Origin: Alphaproteobacteria bacterium
GTDB taxonomy: Bacteria > Pseudomonadota > Alphaproteobacteria > Micropepsales > Micropepsaceae
NCBI GenBank assembly: GCA_947462105.1
Contig: CANHNJ010000007.1
Span: 19,638 to 83,637, forward strand
DNA length: 64,000 nt
Reading direction: 5' to 3'
A program made the translations under genes and the position numbers. Within the stretch, counting starts at the first letter, position 1; each line of letters begins with the position of its first letter. Positions 33,353 to 42,015 of the stretch are shown in pieces. The notes below the pieces were generated by a model. That model was not told the DNA's origin, did not search any database, and was given only the letters and a program-made list of their open reading frames with translations.

Positions 33353-34552
33353 CTAAGCGTTCACCAGTTCCACCTGGACGACGTCGGTGCGCGCAACCTC
33401 AAACGCCGCCGCGCAAATGCCCAGATAGAATTCCCAGTTGCGCAGGAATTTTTCGTCATGGCCCAGCGCCCGGATGGCGGCTTCCTGGTTCTGCATCGCC
33501 ACGCCCCATTCGCGCAGGGTACGGGCATAGTCCTTGCCGAAGCCGAAGGCGCCGGCGAATTTCAGGCCGGCCTTTTCAGCTTCGCTGCGGAAACGCGCCA
33601 GCGACGGCAGCATGCCGCCCGGGAAGACATAGTGGCGGATAAAGTCGCTGCGGGTGCGATAGCCGTCGAACAATTCGTCCCGGATGGTGATGGTCTGGAT
33701 CACGGCGCGGCCGCCGCGCTTCAGCCTTTCGGCCACGGTCTGGAAATAGGCGGGCCAGTAATGTTCGCCCACCGCCTCGAACATCTCGATGGAGACGATG
33801 TTGTCGAACTGGCCGTCACATTTGCGATAATCCTGCAGCCGGATCTCTGCCGAGGAATTCTTCAAGCGCTCGGTGGCGAAGCCGTGCTGGGCCGGCGAGA
33901 TGGTCAGGCCGGTGACCTTGTGGCCGTCGGCACAGGCGCGTTCGGCGAAACCGCCCCAGCCGCAGCCGATCTCCAGAACGTCAGCCTTGTTCTTCGTGAA
34001 CTTGGAAAGGATGCGCTCATACTTGTTCTGCTGGGCGCGATAGAGGTCGCCGGCGTCCTTATAGAGCGCCGAGGAATAGGTCATGCTCTTGTCCAGCCAG
34101 AGCGAATAGAAGTCGTTGCCGACATCGTAATGCGCCTTGATGTTGCGGGCCGAGCCGGCAATGGAATTGCGCCGTACCAGCGCATTGTGGATGACGAAGC
34201 CGATGCGGTTGAAGATGTTTCCGTCGGAGAAATTGTCGAAGTGATCCAGGTTGAGCAGGAACAGGCTCGCCAGGTCCTCGACATTGTCCGTGCTCCAGCT
34301 GCCCGCGATATATTCCTCGCCCAGGCCGATATCGCCGCGCGCCATGATCCGGCGCAGCACATCCCAGTCCTGGATGGCAAAACGCGCCCGGGGGCCGGGA
34401 TTGGGGCCCTTGGCGATGGTGATCTCGCCGTTGGGGGCGACGAATTCGAGTGTGCCGGTCTTCAGGCGGCTGAGCGCCTGGCGCCAGCTTTTTTCCACGA
34501 ATGCTGCAGGGACAAGGGCCAAGGCATGGCTCCGAAAAGAAGATGGAAACAA
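33353..34552 (-). CDS. cfa: Cyclopropane-fatty-acyl-phospholipid synthase family methyltransferase
   Basis: NIKAHYDVGNDFY, MTYSSA, LEIGCGWG, SIEMFEAVG, YVFPGG. Confidence 0.9.
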   Translation of the reverse strand: MFPSSFRSHALALVPAAFVEKSWRQALSRLKTGTLEFVAPNGEITIAKGPNPGPRARFAIQDWDVLRRIMARGDIGLGEEYIAGSWSTDNVEDLASLFLLNLDHFDNFSDGNIFNRIGFVIHNALVRRNSIAGSARNIKAHYDVGNDFYSLWLDKSMTYSSALYKDAGDLYRAQQNKYERILSKFTKNKADVLEIGCGWGGFAERACADGHKVTGLTISPAQHGFATERLKNSSAEIRLQDYRKCDGQFDNIVSIEMFEAVGEHYWPAYFQTVAERLKRGGRAVIQTITIRDELFDGYRTRSDFIRHYVFPGGMLPSLARFRSEAEKAGLKFAGAFGFGKDYARTLREWGVAMQNQEAAIRALGHDEKFLRNWEFYLGICAAAFEVARTDVVQVELVNA

Positions 34553-34600
34553 AGTCTAGCGCGGGCGAAAGCCTGGCCTCAAGCGGAGTTCCAGGGCGGC

Positions 34601-35920
34601 TCAGGCAGGCTGCGGGACAAGGCGGCCGGGCAGGGGTTGGTGCAGCGGCCTGCCTTCCGGTTGCGGCAAGCGCCAGGGCGTCTCGATACCCAGGCCCTTG
34701 GCGACCGCAACCGCGCTGGCCAGCCCATCCTCGTGAAAGCCGTGACCCAGATGGGCGCCCGCGAACCAGGTGCGGTTCTGGCCCTGCAGGGCCTGCACCC
34801 GGGGCTGGGCCGCGATGGCGGCAGCGTCGAACATGGGGTGGTCGAACAGCGTCTCATCGAAAACCAGATGGGGCGGGATTTCGCGCTTGGGGTTGAGGCT
34901 GACAAAGAGCGGCCGGGCCGGATCGATGCCCTGCAGCCGGTTCATCCAGTAGGTCACGGTGATCTTGGGATGGAAGCCGCCATCGGATTCATAAACCCAG
35001 CTGGCCCAGCAGCGCTTGCGGCGCGGCATGAAGCTTTCATCCCGGTGCAGCACGGCGCGGTTCTTCTGGTACTGGAAGCAGGACAGCGCCGCGCGCTCCT
35101 CCGCGCTTGCACCGGCCAGCAGTGCCAGCGTCTCGTTGCCATGCGCGGCCATCACGACATCGTCATAGGTTTCGCAACCGCCCTTGGCGTCGCGCACGGT
35201 CACGCCGTTGGCGGTGCGCATGACCGAGACCGCGCCGCAATCGGTGCGGATGCGGCTTGCGAACGGCGCGGTCAGGCGGCGCACATATTCCTGCGCCCCG
35301 CCCGTCACGGTGTGCCATTGCGGCTGGCCGGACGCGGATAGCAGATTGTGGTTGGCGAAGAAGCGGATCAGGCTGCGCGCGGGAAAGCGCAGCATCTCGC
35401 CGGGCGGGCAGCTCCAAATCGCACCGGCCATGGGCAGCAGGTAATAGCGCCGGAACCAGTCACCTAGTCCCAGGTGCGAGATCAGGTCGTCCAGCGAAAA
35501 GCCGGGATGACGCTCCACCGCGCTTTGCGCGTCACGATTGAAGCGGGTGACATCGTTGATCAACGAGAGGAAGCGCGGGCGCAGGATATTGCGGCGCTGG
35601 GCGAACACCGTGTCGAGATTCTTGGCGCCCCATTCCAGCCAGCCGCCGCGAATGGTGGCCGAGAACGTCATGTCGCTGTGCTGGGTCGGCACGCCCAGAT
35701 GCCGGAACATCGCCGTCAGGTGTGGATAGTTCCTGGGGTTGAAGACGATGAAGCCGGTATCGACCGGCACCGGCACACCGTCATAATCGACCGTGACAGT
35801 GCGGCTATGGCCGCCGATGCGGGCCGCCTTCTCATAGACGGTGATCTCATGGTGCGGGTGAAGCAGGTATGCCGTCCCAAGGCCTGAAATTCCCGTCCCG
35901 ATGATTGCAATCCTGGCCAT
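34601..35920 (-). CDS. FAD-dependent oxidoreductase of cfa-associated operons
   Basis: IIGTGISGL, VDTGFIVFN..NYP, GFHEDGL. Confidence 0.9.
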   Translation of the reverse strand: MARIAIIGTGISGLGTAYLLHPHHEITVYEKAARIGGHSRTVTVDYDGVPVPVDTGFIVFNPRNYPHLTAMFRHLGVPTQHSDMTFSATIRGGWLEWGAKNLDTVFAQRRNILRPRFLSLINDVTRFNRDAQSAVERHPGFSLDDLISHLGLGDWFRRYYLLPMAGAIWSCPPGEMLRFPARSLIRFFANHNLLSASGQPQWHTVTGGAQEYVRRLTAPFASRIRTDCGAVSVMRTANGVTVRDAKGGCETYDDVVMAAHGNETLALLAGASAEERAALSCFQYQKNRAVLHRDESFMPRRKRCWASWVYESDGGFHPKITVTYWMNRLQGIDPARPLFVSLNPKREIPPHLVFDETLFDHPMFDAAAIAAQPRVQALQGQNRTWFAGAHLGHGFHEDGLASAVAVAKGLGIETPWRLPQPEGRPLHQPLPGRLVPQPA

Positions 35921-36012
35921 GCCGCCTCGCTTGTTGCTGCTATTACGGGCGACAATGGCAGGTGGATCAATCTGTTTGGGGGCCTGGTGCGTATAGGATA
36001 CGGGAGGACCAA

Positions 36013-36420
36013 ATGATACGCTATCTCGCTGCCTATGTGGCGGCCGCCCTGGTGATGGGCGGCCTGGATTATTTCTGGCTCACCAGCATGATGGGGCCGC
36101 TTTACCAGCGCGTGATGGGGCCGGTCATGGCGACGGCGCCTAACATGAAGGCGGCTATCGCCTTCTACCTTGTTTACCTGCTGGGCATTCTCTGGTTCGC
36201 AGTGCGCCCGGCCCTGGCGAGCGGTGAATGGACCACCGCCCTGCTCAATGGGGCGCTGTTCGGCTTCTTCGCCTATGCCACCTATGACCTGACCAACATG
36301 GCGACGCTGAAAGCGTGGTCGCTGCAGCTCACATTGGTGGACATTGCCTGGGGCACGGCGCTGACGGCTGCCGCTGCCACGGCGGGCGCCCTGGCGGCGC
36401 TGCAGCTTTCGAAGGTCTAG
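36013..36420 (+). CDS. DUF2177 membrane protein
   Basis: LDYFWL, YATYDLTNMATLKAW, DIAWG; GGAGG RBS. Confidence 0.9.
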   Translation: MIRYLAAYVAAALVMGGLDYFWLTSMMGPLYQRVMGPVMATAPNMKAAIAFYLVYLLGILWFAVRPALASGEWTTALLNGALFGFFAYATYDLTNMATLKAWSLQLTLVDIAWGTALTAAAATAGALAALQLSKV

Positions 36421-36481
36421 TTGCCGCAACGCGTCATCATTTACGCCAAACCCCGTGCCCGAGAGGGAACCTGACGAAACG

Positions 36482-36506
36482 GGAACCGGGTGCGATGATG
36501 GGTGTT
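36482..36506 (+). promoter_or_regulatory. EcfG/sigmaT-type promoter candidate
   Basis: GGAAC-N16-TGTT, 31 nt upstream of the DUF3309 ATG. Confidence 0.55.
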
Positions 36507-36537
36507 AGCTTGCATATAGGACGGAAGGATTTTTGCG

Positions 36538-36690
36538 ATGGGCACGCTACTGATTGTCCTACTGCTGGTCCTCTTGCTGGGCGCCTGGCCTGCCTGGCCG
36601 CACAGCCGCAACTGGGGTTACTACCCGTCCAGCACGCTGGGTCTGGTGCTGGTGATCGTGCTGGTGCTGGCCCTGGTTGGACGCATCTGA
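36538..36690 (+). CDS. DUF3309 small membrane protein (50 aa; missed by ORF track)
   Basis: MGTLLIVLLLVLLLGAWPAWPHSRNWGYYPSSTLG...; W-x-H-S-x-x-W-G-Y-x-P motif. Confidence 0.9.
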   Translation: MGTLLIVLLLVLLLGAWPAWPHSRNWGYYPSSTLGLVLVIVLVLALVGRI

Positions 36691-36699
36691 GGCCGCGTC

Positions 36700-36912
36700 A
36701 TGGCCAGGAAAAAACTGCTTGCCGACATTATCGACAACCCGGCGCGCTTCTATCGCGTCCCCGGCGATGTGCTGCGCGACCGCCGCTTTGACGATGGCGA
36801 GCGCCGGGAAATCCTGCAGGCCTGGGAAGGGGCGGACGATGCCCGCGCCGCCGAAGTGACCGTCACGCTGCGCGAATTGGAATACCGTGTTGTCAACCAC
36901 GCTGCGGAATGA
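36700..36912 (+). CDS. Small hypothetical protein (70 aa)
   Basis: Host codon usage; directly downstream of DUF3309. Confidence 0.7.
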   Translation: MARKKLLADIIDNPARFYRVPGDVLRDRRFDDGERREILQAWEGADDARAAEVTVTLRELEYRVVNHAAE

Positions 36913-36925
36913 CAGGAGACGTGCA

Positions 36926-37072
36926 ATGAATATTGACCAGCCGACCGGCATTTCCGCGCAGGACGCACGCCAGGGCAAGAAGCTGGGCGTGATGCGCTAT
37001 GTGCTGTCCATCAGCCTCGACATGGCCGTGATCGCGGGCGCCGTGATCTATTCCAGCTTTTCCGGCCGCTAG
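36926..37072 (+). CDS. Small membrane protein (48 aa, ARQG...RYVLSISL)
   Basis: AGGAG RBS; single C-terminal hydrophobic helix. Confidence 0.7.
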   Translation: MNIDQPTGISAQDARQGKKLGVMRYVLSISLDMAVIAGAVIYSSFSGR

Positions 37073-37194
37073 GCTTCAGGCCCGGCTGGTCAGGGCCGGC
37101 CGGGATGCCGTGACCGCCATAGGTGGTGGCGAACAGGTGCGGGATGTACTGCGGTTCCGCTTGACTGCGAGCCGGGCGCAGGACATGGAACTTT

Positions 37195-38277
37195 ATGACC
37201 GAACTGTCCGTCATCGTTCCCACCTACAAGGAACGCGGCAATGTCGCTGAAATGGTGCGCCGCCTGGACGCCGCCCTGCAGGGCATCGCCTGGGAAGCCA
37301 TTTATGTGGACGACAATTCCCCCGATGGTACCGCCGACGCGGTAAAGCAAATCGCCGCCCGCGATCCCCGCGTGCGCTGCCTGAAGCGGGTGGGGCGGCG
37401 CGGCCTTGCGGGCGCCTGCATCGAGGGCATGCTGTCCTCGGCTGCGCCCTTCGTGGCGGTGATCGACGCCGACCTGCAGCATGACGAGAAGGTGTTGCCG
37501 CAGATGCTGGCCCGCCTGCGCGGCGGCGAGGCCGACCTGGTGGCGGGCACGCGCTATGTCGAAGGCGGCAGCGCCGCCAGCTTCTCGCAAGCCCGCAGCA
37601 CCCTGTCCCGCCTGGCGACGCGGCTGACGCGGCTGCTGACCGGCACCGAGCTGACCGACCCCATGTCCGGCTTCTTCATGATGCGGCGGGACCGCTTCGA
37701 CGCCATCGCGCCGCGCCTGTCGCCGCAGGGCTTCAAGATCCTGCTCGACATCGCCGGATCGGAAAAACTGCGCATCGCCGAACAACCCTATATTTTTGGC
37801 GAACGCTTTGCCGGCGAATCCAAGTTCAACGCCCAGATCGGCCTGGAATTTCTTGGCCTGCTGGCGGCCAAGGCCACGGGCGACCTGCTGGACCCCCGCC
37901 TCGTCTATTTCGCGCTGGTCGGCAGCATCGGCGTGGTGGTGCATCTGGTGATGCTGTGGGCGGCGCTGACGTCCGAGATGAGCTTCCTGACCGCCCAGAT
38001 CGCCGCCACGCTGGTCGCCATGACCAGTAACTTCCTGCTCAACAACGAGATCACCTATCGCGATCGCCGCCTCAAGGGCGCGGGCGCGGTGAAGGGCTTC
38101 ATCCTGTTCGGGCTGTTCGCCTCGATCGGGGCCATCGCCAATGTGGACATTGCCGAGTGGCTCTATGACAGCCCCGCCACCGGCACCTTCTGGTGGGCGG
38201 CGGGGGCAGCCGGCGCAATTATGAGTGCCTTCTGGAATTACGCCATGTCCACGCTTTTTGTCTGGCGTGCCCGTTAA
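37195..38277 (+). CDS. GT2 polyprenol-phosphate glycosyltransferase fused to a GtrA domain
   Basis: VPTYKE, VDDNSPDGT, IDADLQH, DPMSGFF; C-terminal TM GtrA-like region. Confidence 0.9.
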   Translation: MTELSVIVPTYKERGNVAEMVRRLDAALQGIAWEAIYVDDNSPDGTADAVKQIAARDPRVRCLKRVGRRGLAGACIEGMLSSAAPFVAVIDADLQHDEKVLPQMLARLRGGEADLVAGTRYVEGGSAASFSQARSTLSRLATRLTRLLTGTELTDPMSGFFMMRRDRFDAIAPRLSPQGFKILLDIAGSEKLRIAEQPYIFGERFAGESKFNAQIGLEFLGLLAAKATGDLLDPRLVYFALVGSIGVVVHLVMLWAALTSEMSFLTAQIAATLVAMTSNFLLNNEITYRDRRLKGAGAVKGFILFGLFASIGAIANVDIAEWLYDSPATGTFWWAAGAAGAIMSAFWNYAMSTLFVWRAR

Positions 38278-38313
38278 AGGGCGCGTCGGGTCGTTTGGCG
38301 CGCTGAAAGAAAT

Positions 38314-39696
38314 ATGAACAAGCAAGCGGCGTTACTCATCATCACCGTCCTGATCGCCCTGCGCGCCGTGGCGGGCGCGGTCCTGCCGCTATCGGCGGAC
38401 GAGGCCTATTACCTGCTGTGGTCACAGCATCTGCAGCCTGGCTACTACGATCACCCGCCCGCCATCGCCTTCCTGATCCGTGCCGGCACGATGATCTTCG
38501 GGGAAACACCGCTGGGCGTGCGGGCTGCGGGCATCCTGCTCTCAGTGCCGGCCAGCTGGTTTGTCTGGAGCACGGCGTCCGCCATATTGAAGGATGCAAG
38601 AAAGGCAGCGCTCGCAGCGGTCTTCTTCAACCTGACCTTGATGACGGCGGTGGAGATGATGGCGGCGACGCCAGACATGCCCTCCATCGTCACGGCAGCC
38701 GCCTTCATCTGGGCCATCGCCCGGGCGCAGGCGACGCAGGATGGGCGCTGGTGGCTTGCAGCAGGTGTTGCTGCGGGGCTGTCACTGTTGTCGAAATATT
38801 CCGCCCTGTTCCTGGGGCTGGGCGTGCTGGTCTGGCTCCTGGCGGATGCACGGGCCCGCATCTGGCTCAAGACCATCTGGCCCTGGGCCGGTGGCGCGCT
38901 GGCGCTGCTGCTCTTCGCGCCGCACCTGCTGTGGCAGGCGCAGCATGACTGGATGACCTTTGCTTTCCAGTTCGGCCGGGTCGGCGGCGGCAATCCCACC
39001 GCGCGCTACCTGATTGAATTTTTCGGCGCGCAACTGGGCCTCGCCACGCCGTTCATCCTGGTGCTGGGCTTGATTGGCTTCTGGGCCGCGCGCCGGCGCG
39101 GCGATGACCGCTTCCTGCTGTTTGTGCCGCTGGCGGTATCGCTGCTCTATTTCCTGCAGCATGCATTGCATGACCGGGTGCAGGGCAACTGGCCCGGTTT
39201 TCTCTATCCGCTGCTGGCGATTCTGGCAGCGGACGCCATCGACAAGACAAGGCGCTGGCTGGTGCTGGCGGCGGCGCCCGTGGCGGCGCTGTTGCTGCTG
39301 GCAGTGTATGCGCAGGTGATCTTCGGTATGCCGCTGAAGAACGATCCCTCGGCGCGATTGCTGGCACGCGATTTTTCGGACGCGGCACAGGCCCTGGCGG
39401 CAAGCACCGCTACGGTGGTGACCAGTGACTACCAGACCACCGCGCTGCTCAGGTACTACCAGCCGAAATTGACCGTGATCCAGATCAACGATCCGCAGCG
39501 TTACTTGTGGGCGCGCGATTCCGGGCGGCTCCGTGGGCAGGTGGTCTATTTCGCGGAGAAACGCCGGGCCCGCCTCGATCTGGTGGAAGGCCGGGCGCAA
39601 CTGATCAGCAGCCCGATGGATTTTGGCGCCTCGGGAAATTACGCGGGTTATCTGTTGCACGCGCCGAAAGATTCTCTTTTCGGCAAAATCCCCTAA
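38314..39696 (+). CDS. GT39/ArnT-like (PMT_2) membrane glycosyltransferase
   Basis: DEAYY, YYDHPP, LSKY; multiple TM helices. Confidence 0.88.
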   Translation: MNKQAALLIITVLIALRAVAGAVLPLSADEAYYLLWSQHLQPGYYDHPPAIAFLIRAGTMIFGETPLGVRAAGILLSVPASWFVWSTASAILKDARKAALAAVFFNLTLMTAVEMMAATPDMPSIVTAAAFIWAIARAQATQDGRWWLAAGVAAGLSLLSKYSALFLGLGVLVWLLADARARIWLKTIWPWAGGALALLLFAPHLLWQAQHDWMTFAFQFGRVGGGNPTARYLIEFFGAQLGLATPFILVLGLIGFWAARRRGDDRFLLFVPLAVSLLYFLQHALHDRVQGNWPGFLYPLLAILAADAIDKTRRWLVLAAAPVAALLLLAVYAQVIFGMPLKNDPSARLLARDFSDAAQALAASTATVVTSDYQTTALLRYYQPKLTVIQINDPQRYLWARDSGRLRGQVVYFAEKRRARLDLVEGRAQLISSPMDFGASGNYAGYLLHAPKDSLFGKIP

Positions 39697-39717
39697 GCCC
39701 GAAGTTCCAGAAATCTC

Positions 39718-39783
39718 GAGCTGCGCAGCGAAGCCGCGCGACGGCCATCCGCTTGGGCGAAGGGCGGAGGGGATAGTTCAATA
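39718..39783 (-). repeat. Internally deleted third copy of the structured repeat
   Basis: Minus strand TTATTGAAC...CGGATG-GCCGTCGCGC-GGCTTCGCTGCG resembles both ends of copy A. Confidence 0.5.
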
Positions 39784-39886
39784 ACAAAAACCCCGCCCTT
39801 GTGGGCGGGGTTTTTAGGATTGAGCGGACACCCGAGGCGGGCTGTCGAAGGGGCTGGGGGCGTTCCGGATCAGACGTCCGCTCGCA
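39783..39886 (-). ncRNA. Candidate EcfG-dependent small RNA (~100 nt), GsrN-like
   Basis: Perfect GGAAC-N16-CGTT promoter, 8-bp closing stem GAGCGGAC/GTCCGCTC, C-rich internal segment, intrinsic terminator, no meaningful ORF. Confidence 0.55.
39786..39815. terminator. Bidirectional rho-independent terminator
   Basis: AAAAACCCCGCCC-TTGT-GGGCGGGGTTTTT. Confidence 0.9.
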
Positions 39887-39892
39887 GATAAA

Positions 39893-39917
39893 AACGATCC
39901 GCCAAAAAGATCGTTCC
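39893..39917 (-). promoter_or_regulatory. EcfG/sigmaT-type promoter
   Basis: Minus strand GGAAC-GATCTTTTTGGCGGAT-CGTT (exact consensus, 16-nt spacer). Confidence 0.75.
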
Positions 39918-39925
39918 GCGACCTC

Positions 39926-40075
39926 TTAATTATTTTCCGAAGCCGCGATCTGGGTTCCCACTGGCGCAGGCGGGGTGCCGTCGGCGGCAATGAAAAGCAG
40001 GCCCAGCAGCAGGACCGCTGCCATCACGCTTTCGGCAGGATGGTCGGCAAGGAAATTTGGAACCTTGAAGATCAT
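39926..40075 (-). CDS. Small membrane protein (49 aa; missed by ORF track)
   Basis: [49 protein letters not shown]; GAGGAG RBS and ATGA overlap with DUF1328. Confidence 0.7.
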   Translation of the reverse strand: MIFKVPNFLADHPAESVMAAVLLLGLLFIAADGTPPAPVGTQIAASENN

Positions 40076-40254
40076 GGCATCTCCTCAGGCGGGCGGCCGC
40101 GTAGCGCTCCGGAAAAGGCGCTGACGACCAGAAGAACGAGAAACACGACCAGTAAAAACTTGGCGATGATCGCGGCGGTCCCCGCCAGGCCATAAAAGCC
40201 CATATAGGCGGCGACCAGCGCCAGAACGAAAAAGGCGAAAGCCCAGCTCAGCAT
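40072..40254 (-). CDS. DUF1328 (UPF0391) small membrane protein
   Basis: [34 protein letters not shown]...RGRPP. Confidence 0.9.
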   Translation of the reverse strand: MLSWAFAFFVLALVAAYMGFYGLAGTAAIIAKFLLVVFLVLLVVSAFSGALRGRPPEEMP

Positions 40255-40284
40255 GACGTTCCTGCTCAATCCTTGCGGACACGG

Positions 40285-40309
40285 AACGTCATGCCTAGTT
40301 CCCGGTTCC
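40285..40309 (-). promoter_or_regulatory. EcfG/sigmaT-type promoter of DUF1328
   Basis: Minus strand GGAAC-CGGGAACTAGGCATGA-CGTT (exact consensus), 30 nt upstream of the ATG. Confidence 0.75.
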
Positions 40310-40323
40310 GGGAACTCTGTGGA

Positions 40324-40677
40324 TCAATTCGGATTTTTGGCGCGCTGGCGCTTCACGATCACATCGACCAGCTTGAGCAGGCCGGCGCTCGCCACGGCGG
40401 GCCAGGGCACGTCCCGGGCCAGGGCGCCCATCAGCAGGGCGAAGAAATTTTGCGGCGGCGGCGGCGGCGGGCGGCGGGGGCGGAAAATTGCCGACACGCC
40501 GAACCCGGCCAGCACCACCAGCAGCATGATGCCGCCGGTCAGGGCATAGGCGCCGGTGTTACCGAACTGGGCAACCAGCGCAGAGGCCAGCGCCAGGCCC
40601 AGCAGGCCGACACCGAAAAAGACCAGCGCCGCTGCTGCGACCAGAAGAAGGAATTTTGCACCAAGGCGCGCGAACAT
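40324..40677 (-). CDS. YqjE-like (holin-superfamily) small membrane protein
   Basis: Two TM helices plus Pro-rich tail; follows a DUF883 gene as in yqjDE. Confidence 0.65.
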   Translation of the reverse strand: MFARLGAKFLLLVAAAALVFFGVGLLGLALASALVAQFGNTGAYALTGGIMLLVVLAGFGVSAIFRPRRPPPPPPQNFFALLMGALARDVPWPAVASAGLLKLVDVIVKRQRAKNPN

Positions 40678-40794
40678 GCCCAAGACTCCAGATCTCTCTC
40701 CGTCAGACCGGGAGAGCATACCGGTTCCGGCTTATCAGACCTTTAGCAGACCCGCAAAACCCCTGCGGTGCGCCCCGCCGCAAGGCTTCAGGCT

Positions 40795-41160
40795 TCAGCG
40801 GCGCAGAAAAATCGCCCCGAGAAAGGCGCCGATGCCGCCCGCGATCAGCAGCGAGGTCAGCGGCTGGGCCCGGACTTGGGCACGCAGTTCGTCGGCATTG
40901 TCCTCGGCCCATTCCTGGGCATCGTCCTTGTATTCCACCGCCTTGAGCTTGGCTTCGCGGGCGGCTTCCTCGGCCAGCAGCATGGCGCGGTCCGCCACTT
41001 CCTCGGCGGCCTGCATCGCCGCCGTGGCACGGGCAGATGCGACTTCGCTGACATCGCCGTAAAGGCCCTTGAGATCGCCCTGCAGGGACGCGAAATCATC
41101 GCGCAAGGCCGCGAGCCGCGCTTCGATATTGCCCTGGGCCGTTTTTTTCTTCGCCGCCAT
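40795..41160 (-). CDS. DUF883/ElaB/YqjD family protein
   Basis: Helical body plus C-terminal VRAQPLTSLLIAGGIGAFLGAIFLRR anchor. Confidence 0.88.
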   Translation of the reverse strand: MAAKKKTAQGNIEARLAALRDDFASLQGDLKGLYGDVSEVASARATAAMQAAEEVADRAMLLAEEAAREAKLKAVEYKDDAQEWAEDNADELRAQVRAQPLTSLLIAGGIGAFLGAIFLRR

Positions 41161-41198
41161 GTCGAACGCTCCTGATACCTGAAACAATTATTGAGAGA

Positions 41199-41357
41199 TT
41201 AAGCCGCCTGTTTTGCGACAGGGTGGAAGAACAGCGCCTGGCCCACCGTCGCCTGCACCGTCTCGGGTAGGAAGGGCTTGGCGATGAGGTAGGTCGGCTC
41301 CGGACGCTCGCCGGTCAGCAGCTTTTCCGGATAGGCGGTGATGAAGATCACCGGGAT
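41199..41357 (-). pseudogene. phyR: phyR 3' remnant (last 52 codons of the receiver domain)
   Basis: IPVIFITAYPEKLLTGERPEPTYLIAKPF...QALFF, the characteristic PhyR C-terminus; cut exactly at the IS end. Confidence 0.9.
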
Positions 41358-41490
41358 TGATCGCCCCCCACTGGGTGGTCCGTTTTGATTGTTAGTGCAT
41401 TCCAGCCTCCAGCGCTATGGCCGGCCGTAGGTGGAGCGTAGCGGAACCGGAGGGCGGCCATAGCGGCGACGCGGTTTCGGGAGCCGGCGG
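41358..41490 (-). mobile_element. Right-end remnant of an IS3-family insertion sequence
   Basis: Minus strand encodes PPAPETASPLWPPSGSATLHLRPAIALEAGMH* (IS3-family OrfB-type tail after RPPAPE), then an IR-like ...GGACCACCCAGTGGGGGGCGATCA ending in CA. Confidence 0.75.
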
Positions 41491-42012
41491 CGCGTGAAGC
41501 ATTGATACAGGCCCAGACCCACATCAATGCCCTGGCACTGGTGCAACGCATCCTCAACGAGGCTGGAGAACCAGAGCACCCTCGACCTCAAGGACCTGCT
41601 GGGCGCGCTCTGCCGCCAGATCACCGAGGGCATGGGGGCGGAGAATGTCAGCATCGAGGTCGATGTGCCCAGCCGCGTCGTCACCGGCAGTATCGCGGTG
41701 GCGATTGCGCTGTTCACGGTGGAAGTCCTAACCAGTATCTTTAAGCATGCCTTCCCCGGCCAGCGGCATGGCGTGATCCGGGTGACGATGACCGAGACCG
41801 GCGACGGGAAATTGCGCCTGGGCATCGCCGATGACGGCAGCGGCTTCGAGGAGGGGCAGGCCACCAAGAGCGTCGGCTCCCGCCTGATCAAGATCTTCGG
41901 GCTACAGCTGGGCGGGGTTGCCCAGGTCCGCTCGGTGGCGGGCGAGGGGGCGGTGGTGGAATTGATTTTCCCCGATCCGGCCCTATCGCCGCCTGTTGCC
42001 GCGTCTGTTTGA
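41490..42012 (+). pseudogene. HisKA_2/HWE-type sensor histidine kinase 3' remnant, frameshifted at ~41562
   Basis: AREALIQAQTHINALALVQRILNE, +1 shift, then LENQSTLDL...KHAF...ADDGSGF...GSRLI HATPase; H-box and sensor domain absent. Confidence 0.85.
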
Positions 42013-42015
42013 TGA

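Noticed and set aside
40698-40728. ECF-type promoter GGAAC-N16-TCTGA (minus strand) before the YqjE-like gene
   Set aside because: The -10 does not fit EcfG (CGTT), and the gene is probably co-transcribed with the DUF883 gene; too weak to call.
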